A model generated the notes under the pieces. It saw only the letters and a list, made by a program, of their open reading frames with translations, was not told where the DNA came from and ran no database searches. Made by a program: the position numbers and the translations under genes. Source: a bacterium (GTDB lineage Bacteria; UBA10199; 2-02-FULL-44-16; JAAZCA01). From it: a stretch of DNA of 64,000 bases. Positions within the stretch are counted from its first letter, which is position 1; every line of letters begins with the position of its first letter. Positions 59,167 through 64,000 of this stretch are shown here, in pieces. The stretch is taken from the NCBI GenBank assembly GCA_041648665.1, contig JBAZOP010000002.1:50262-114261 (forward strand), read 5' to 3'.

Positions 59167-59634
59167 CTACTCTGCTTCCTCTTGTAGCGCACGCGCCGCT
59201 AGCTGGTCCAGATCCTTCGGCAACGAAGCCGCGCGCGCTGGCATGGGCGCAGCAGTCACGGGCACTACCTCCACCACCGGAGGAACCGCTCCCCCCTGGC
59301 CAGCCCCGGCCACCATGGGCATCCGCATGTAGCCCGTGCTCACAGACGCACGCTGGAGCAACATCGCGTTCACCGTCTCGCGCAATGCAGTTTCCGCAGC
59401 ATCCATCCGCTCCATGCGCTCGCACATCGACTCTATGCGCGCCTTCAGCAGCTGGTACGCCACATCCGCCTTGGCCTCCGCCTTGTCATCCGTGTCGTCC
59501 AAGAATTCCCAGAACCCTGGCACCCCCATGGCCGCCACAAGAAGGACTGCAACCGTAGGGAGCCCAGCACGCTTCAACATGGAAGCCTTCTCCGCGATCT
59601 CGGAAATTCCACTCTGCTTGTCGGTCTTCGCCAC
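59167..59634 (-). CDS. membrane protein (possible holin/spanin-type lysis accessory protein)
   Basis: TM helix LPTVAVLLVAAMGVPGFW. Confidence 0.4.
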   Translation of the reverse strand: MAKTDKQSGISEIAEKASMLKRAGLPTVAVLLVAAMGVPGFWEFLDDTDDKAEAKADVAYQLLKARIESMCERMERMDAAETALRETVNAMLLQRASVSTGYMRMPMVAGAGQGGAVPPVVEVVPVTAAPMPARAASLPKDLDQLAARALQEEAE

Positions 59635-59646
59635 GGTACACCTCTC

Positions 59647-60126
59647 CTAAACTTCGTCTGGCTCGGTATCGTATCCACCGCACTTCGGACACTTCACCTC
59701 GAACGTGCTCTTGCCCAGCTTCTTCCGAAAGCGCGCGCCACACTCGTTGCACAGCATCCGCGTGCCAACAGCCTCGGCAACGATGTCCTCGCTGACAACC
59801 TTGGTCGCGCCAATGACCACCGTCGTCTCGTCGCTCAGGAAGCCGCCCGTGATGCGGAACAGCACGCCGTCCCCCTGCCGCTCCCACCGCACCTGCACCG
59901 GCCGGTACGCCGGGTCTCCACCCTCCTTCCGGTGGTGGAACTCCGCCACCTCGCGCTCCCGCAGCGGCCCCCGGCCGTTCCACCACTCGCCCCCCAGGCC
60001 GATCTCCAGTGCCCCGTCCAGGGGGTGCCAGATGAAGTCCAGCAGCCCCTTCGTGGCCGCGATGCGCAGCGTCGAGGCGAAGCCCTCGTTCACCGCTCGG
60101 TCCAACTGCTCGATCAAGTGCCTCAT
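59647..60126 (-). CDS. MRHLIEQL-family protein with C-terminal zinc ribbon (paralogue 5)
   Basis: MRHLIEQLDRA N-terminus. CNECG...CPKCGG. Confidence 0.5.
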   Translation of the reverse strand: MRHLIEQLDRAVNEGFASTLRIAATKGLLDFIWHPLDGALEIGLGGEWWNGRGPLREREVAEFHHRKEGGDPAYRPVQVRWERQGDGVLFRITGGFLSDETTVVIGATKVVSEDIVAEAVGTRMLCNECGARFRKKLGKSTFEVKCPKCGGYDTEPDEV

Positions 60127-60129
60127 GAT

Positions 60130-60714
60130 TTAGAACCTCCCAGCTAATCCCTCTCTCGCAGAGAAGATCCGCAGTTCGGTGAACGCTTCAACTTGAACAT
60201 CGAGTTCCATGATGCTGACCTCGCCAGAGGTGGCATCCATATCAGACCCTGGCTTGTACCTGGTCGGAATTGCGTTCCACAATAACCAAACTCTACCTGG
60301 AAGAAACTGCGATGATTCCCATGCCTCAATAGCAATCGGAAGCATAACTTCCAAATCGTCCTTGTTCTTTGTGTTGATGTTCGTGAACTGGATCAGCAGC
60401 AGGTTGCGCGGCACCATGTCGATACCGCGGAGCGCGCGCGTGATCCACTGGTAGAACGTGTCGTCGTAGCAGCGCGCGCCGCGCATCAGCGTGATCGCGC
60501 CCACGCTCCCCCCGCTGTACACGTACTTTTTGTACATGGAGTTGACCTGCTTGACCTCGTCCACCTCCAGCGTCAGCTCGGGCATCGTGATGCTCTGGTA
60601 GCCCATGATGGGCGACCCCAGCACGAAGAAGGGGAACGTGGACGAGGGCACCAGGTCCAGCAGCCAGAAGCGGTGACTTTGGAGGAGGTCCTCCAGCGGG
60701 TGACGATTCGGCAT
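60130..60714 (-). CDS. tail tube protein (gp19/FII-like), lower GC
   Basis: QSITMPELTLEVDEV...DATSGEVSIMELDVQVEAF. Paralogue of the next gene. Confidence 0.6.
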   Translation of the reverse strand: MPNRHPLEDLLQSHRFWLLDLVPSSTFPFFVLGSPIMGYQSITMPELTLEVDEVKQVNSMYKKYVYSGGSVGAITLMRGARCYDDTFYQWITRALRGIDMVPRNLLLIQFTNINTKNKDDLEVMLPIAIEAWESSQFLPGRVWLLWNAIPTRYKPGSDMDATSGEVSIMELDVQVEAFTELRIFSAREGLAGRF

Positions 60715-60741
60715 CTTGGGCGCCTCCTCGCCCGCCGGGGA

Positions 60742-61275
60742 CTAGGAGTTGAGCAGCTCGACCTTCTCCAGGGCGAAGTCCACCTCGGCCAGCGACACCT
60801 CGCCAGACATCGAGTCGAAGTCCGCGGACGGCTTCACGCGCATGGGGATGCAGTTGTGGCACACGACGCGCCGGAAATCCGTGCTCTGCGCAGATTGCGC
60901 TGCATCGGCCATTTCCGCGCGCTGGTAGTGCCAGATGGTCACGTCAGACCGGAACTTCTCGCCAGTGACAGCCCGCATCACCCAGTCGTAGAACGCCATA
61001 TCCCGCTTCGCCACGCCCCGCATCAGCGTGCAGTCGGACACGGTGGGAGGCCCCGCGTACTTCTGCGTCCAGGTCCAGGTGCCCTCCCTGTACTCCGACG
61101 CCTCCAGCGAGATCTCGGGGATGGTCACCGACTGGAAGCCCGCCTGGCCGCCACCCTCGAACGGTTCGAGGCTTGCCCCACGCTCGGGCGTCTGGAGCAG
61201 ATCTGTCCCATCCTCGTTCACCGCCGAAGCGTGGAACCGGAAGCCCTGCATGAGATCGTCTACCGTCGCGCGCAT
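60742..61275 (-). CDS. tail tube protein paralogue
   Basis: QSVTIPEISLEASEY...DSMSGEVSLAEVDFALEKV. Confidence 0.6.
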   Translation of the reverse strand: MRATVDDLMQGFRFHASAVNEDGTDLLQTPERGASLEPFEGGGQAGFQSVTIPEISLEASEYREGTWTWTQKYAGPPTVSDCTLMRGVAKRDMAFYDWVMRAVTGEKFRSDVTIWHYQRAEMADAAQSAQSTDFRRVVCHNCIPMRVKPSADFDSMSGEVSLAEVDFALEKVELLNS

Positions 61276-61295
61276 GTCACTCTCCTTCGCTCGCG

Positions 61296-61778
61296 CTACC
61301 GCCCGGGCGGGTAGCTCTCCGCGCCCAGGATGGGCGCCATGTCAAACGTGTTCTGGCTCCAACCCGGCCCCGTGAACACGACCACCCGGCCGTTGCCCGG
61401 CGCCATCACTGCCGCCGAGGTCACCTGGATCGCCCATCCCGGCGGCACCAGGATTCCGCCCCCCTCGCGCGACACGTACTCGCCCGACGCCGCCGCCACC
61501 TGGTTCAACTGGTAGATCACGCCGTCCGGGTCCACCAAGTTGATCGTGATGTTGCCGCCGCCGTTCAGGTTCCACACCACCCGCTCCAGGCGCCACCCGT
61601 TCCCGAAGCCCACCGGCAGCTGGAACAGGCCCGCCACCGTGCACGCCATCCAGCGCCGGTAGCCGCCCCGGAACAGCGTCTCCTCGCTGTCGGTCCCGTC
61701 GGGGGCCACCCCCGTGAGCTGGTTGCCCGCCGCGATCTCGTGGACCATCACCTGCGGGATGCGCCGGATCTCAGCCAT
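61296..61778 (-). CDS. hypothetical tail protein
   Basis: 160-aa ORF between the tube and sheath genes. Confidence 0.4.
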   Translation of the reverse strand: MAEIRRIPQVMVHEIAAGNQLTGVAPDGTDSEETLFRGGYRRWMACTVAGLFQLPVGFGNGWRLERVVWNLNGGGNITINLVDPDGVIYQLNQVAAASGEYVSREGGGILVPPGWAIQVTSAAVMAPGNGRVVVFTGPGWSQNTFDMAPILGAESYPPGR

Positions 61779-61819
61779 GCTCCACCTCGAACCTATTTAC
61801 ACATCTTCCAGTCATGTGC

Positions 61820-63964
61820 CTAACCAATCGAACGTTGGCTGAACCGGAAACAAATATATTCCGCCGGCTTGTTGCAGGCGATGCCCACGTCGCAGTAGAC
61901 GATGCCCTGGTCGACTGTGTTCTGCGGGTTGTTGGACCGGTTGCAGATCACGAAGAAGGCCTCCTCGGGGGTGCTGCCGGCGAAGTAGCCGCCCTGGTAG
62001 AGGCCGGACAGGAAGTTGGTCAGCTGGGTGGTGATCGCGTTCCAGAGCGGCGGCCCGTTGTTCTTGAAGACGTGGATGTGGGTGGCGTTGAACACGCTCT
62101 TCTCGACGAACATGAACAGCCGCCGCATCTGGATGTAGGGCCACTCGCCACCGGCCACGTCCAGGGAGCGCACGCCCCAGACCACGCGGCCAGTGATGGG
62201 CCACTCTACGAGGCAGTTGATCTTGTTCTCGGTGCAGTAGCCCACCTGGGCCTGCGTGAGCGTGTACTCCAGGCCCTGCGACCAGGACAGGGATCCGTCC
62301 TCCATGCCGCCGGGCGCCTTGCCCACGTTCTTGTTGCTGTCCGTGCGCGCGTACACGCCCGCGACGTGGCCGCCCGGGGGCACGTCCACCACGGTGGAGG
62401 TGATCGGGTCGCGCACCTTGATGTGCGGGTAGTAGATGGCGCCGAAGGAGCTGTAGCGGTTGAGCGTGAAGCGCTTCCAGGTCACGGCCTCCTGGTACTC
62501 CAGGCCGAACGGCACCGCGCAGATGACGAACTTGTCCTTCATCAGCTCAGCGTAGGTGAGCAGCGCGTCGATGACGTAGGGGTCGGTCTGGAAGTCGGCC
62601 GCCACCAGCTGCATCAGCTCGTCCACCTTGCCGAAGGCGTACAGGCCGCGCATGTCGGCCGCCAGCAGCGGGCTCACGATGTCGTCGCTGTCGGTAGCGG
62701 ATCCATCCAAGCCGCCGGTCAGCAGACCCTCGATGGACGAATCCGGCTCGGCGTAGTAGTCCGCCAGCTCGCCGCCCGTGAGGGAATCGGCACCGAACAC
62801 GTCCAGCGGCGCCGTGATGCCCAACGCGGTGAGCGTACCCGCGGGCACCGGGTTGGAGAAGGTCAGCTCGGCTGTCGCCCCGGTCAGCAGCGTGCGGGTG
62901 GTCTGCGTGCCGTCGCCGTTGTCATCCACCACCACGACCCCGGGCAACCCGGCCTCGACCAGCGCCTCGTATTCATCCGCGCGCACCGCTTCGATGTCGT
63001 CCACGTCGCCGGTGCCATTCACGGGCGGGTTAAGCCAATCCAGCAGCGCGTCCGCCGTCCCGCCAGCGACGTGGGCCACGGTGGAGTTGAGCCCCCACAC
63101 GTCGGACGTGACGCGCATGTTGACGCCGTCCAGGGACGCGAACGCCCCGGGCACCTGCGCGTTGACCGCGTTGATCGCATCCGCAACCGCCCACACGCCA
63201 CCCAGCGGCGGCGTGAACGTCACCGTGCGCTGCGTCCCGCCGATGTCCAGGATCGTCGTCAGGCCATCCAGCAAGAGGCCCGCACCCCACACCGTCGACT
63301 CGGTGAGGTACCCCTGCGTGGCGTTGAACGTGATCGTGGCGGGGGCGCCCAGGCCGTTTGCGTCGAGATCGAAGCTGCAGCCAGGAGTGAGGACCCACGG
63401 CCCCGCCGTCGAGGTCTTCGATGCGGCCGTGGCCGTGGTGAACGTGCCGGCCGGCCCGGCCGCGGGGTCGCCCGCGATCTTCCAGGTCAGCACGATCTCG
63501 CCGGTGTCGTAGTCGATCGTGTTGGTGCCCGACGTGTTCAGCTCGAACTTGGTCGGGGATCCCACCACCGGAGGCGTCAGCGTGGCCGGGTCGGCGATGC
63601 TCAGCACGCCGTTGCCATCGTCGATCACCGTCACGGGCTGCGCATAGGTGCAATCGATCAGCACCGCGGAGTCCACCACGAATGTGTCAGCCGCTGGCGT
63701 GAGGTCGATCGCGATGGCGCCGGTGGTGTAGGTGATGGTGCCGACGCCGAACCCGCCATAGGTCAGGTTTCCAGCGCCGTCGTCTACCAGCACGCTGCCA
63801 GGGCCGCCGCCCGTGAGGTTGGCGGTGATCAGCACGCTGCCCGCCACCAGCGCCGCCGGGGTCCACGTCAGGTTGGGCACCGCCGTGATCGGGTTGGTGC
63901 CCGTGCCGATGCGGGTGAGGTGCTCGATGAAGCGGAACTCGGCCACGAACGTGGTCGGGAACAC
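61820..63964 (-). CDS. tail sheath protein (N-terminus may lie beyond the window)
   Basis: The C-terminal domain ...VICAVPFGLEYQEAV...GVYARTDSNKNVGKAPGG...VVWGVRSL... is typical of contractile sheath proteins. Confidence 0.7.
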   Translation of the reverse strand: MFPTTFVAEFRFIEHLTRIGTGTNPITAVPNLTWTPAALVAGSVLITANLTGGGPGSVLVDDGAGNLTYGGFGVGTITYTTGAIAIDLTPAADTFVVDSAVLIDCTYAQPVTVIDDGNGVLSIADPATLTPPVVGSPTKFELNTSGTNTIDYDTGEIVLTWKIAGDPAAGPAGTFTTATAASKTSTAGPWVLTPGCSFDLDANGLGAPATITFNATQGYLTESTVWGAGLLLDGLTTILDIGGTQRTVTFTPPLGGVWAVADAINAVNAQVPGAFASLDGVNMRVTSDVWGLNSTVAHVAGGTADALLDWLNPPVNGTGDVDDIEAVRADEYEALVEAGLPGVVVVDDNGDGTQTTRTLLTGATAELTFSNPVPAGTLTALGITAPLDVFGADSLTGGELADYYAEPDSSIEGLLTGGLDGSATDSDDIVSPLLAADMRGLYAFGKVDELMQLVAADFQTDPYVIDALLTYAELMKDKFVICAVPFGLEYQEAVTWKRFTLNRYSSFGAIYYPHIKVRDPITSTVVDVPPGGHVAGVYARTDSNKNVGKAPGGMEDGSLSWSQGLEYTLTQAQVGYCTENKINCLVEWPITGRVVWGVRSLDVAGGEWPYIQMRRLFMFVEKSVFNATHIHVFKNNGPPLWNAITTQLTNFLSGLYQGGYFAGSTPEEAFFVICNRSNNPQNTVDQGIVYCDVGIACNKPAEYICFRFSQRSIG

Positions 63965-64000
63965 GTCGTGCGCGAGCTGGTACTGCCAGCCCTTCCAGAC

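Noticed and set aside
1-64000. Search for integrase, att sites, capsid, portal and terminase
   Set aside because: None recognised in this window. The 385-aa protein at 23765..24922 was considered as a capsid candidate, but its position after the fibres and lack of capsid motifs argue against it. The head module presumably lies beyond 64 kb.

Overview
High-GC (about 65-70% by eye) 64-kb segment that reads as a contractile-tailed (myovirus-like) phage or prophage. Almost every gene is on the minus strand, tightly packed, with many ATGA/GTGA/TGATG start-stop overlaps; many supported starts are GTG/TTG and some transcripts look leaderless. Modules on the minus strand, from high to low coordinates: tail sheath (61.8-64 kb, probably continuing past the window), two tail-tube paralogues, a lysis-region amidase, Lys/Ala-rich H1-like paralogues, a short plus-strand island (52.95-54.25 kb) next to a ribbon-helix-helix (RHH) gene that heads the tail operon, a tail-assembly chaperone pair with a visible -1 slippery site T_TTT_TTC, a 1320-aa tape-measure protein, baseplate proteins (LysM/X-like, gpD-like, gpV spike, a GLP-repeat protein, gp25/W, then an inserted RHH+TnpB element, gpJ), fibre/tailspike genes with lower-GC segments, a GT2 glycosyltransferase, a block of small paralogous genes (five proteins starting MR[HRS]L[IVL][ERD]QL), an accessory operon (L7/L12-CTD-like protein, PncB, NadE, PncA, then a vWA-PP2C-Ser/Thr kinase triad), a second TnpB element, an RHH plus putative replication gene, tRNA-Pro(TGG), and a nucleotide-metabolism cluster (MazG-like, radical SAM SplB-like, metallophosphoesterase) with SWIM and zinc-ribbon proteins. 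Two conserved non-coding elements recur: a 16-18 bp perfect palindrome GCG(A/C)ACACGTGT(T/G)CGC (10 copies, at operon junctions) and a promoter motif CTGTTGACAAACGC giving TTGACA-16/17-TAnnnT promoters (7 copies). No integrase, capsid, portal or terminase was seen in this window. Display-derived coordinates of internal starts, repeats and motifs may be off by 1-3 nt; ORF-track arithmetic was used where possible.
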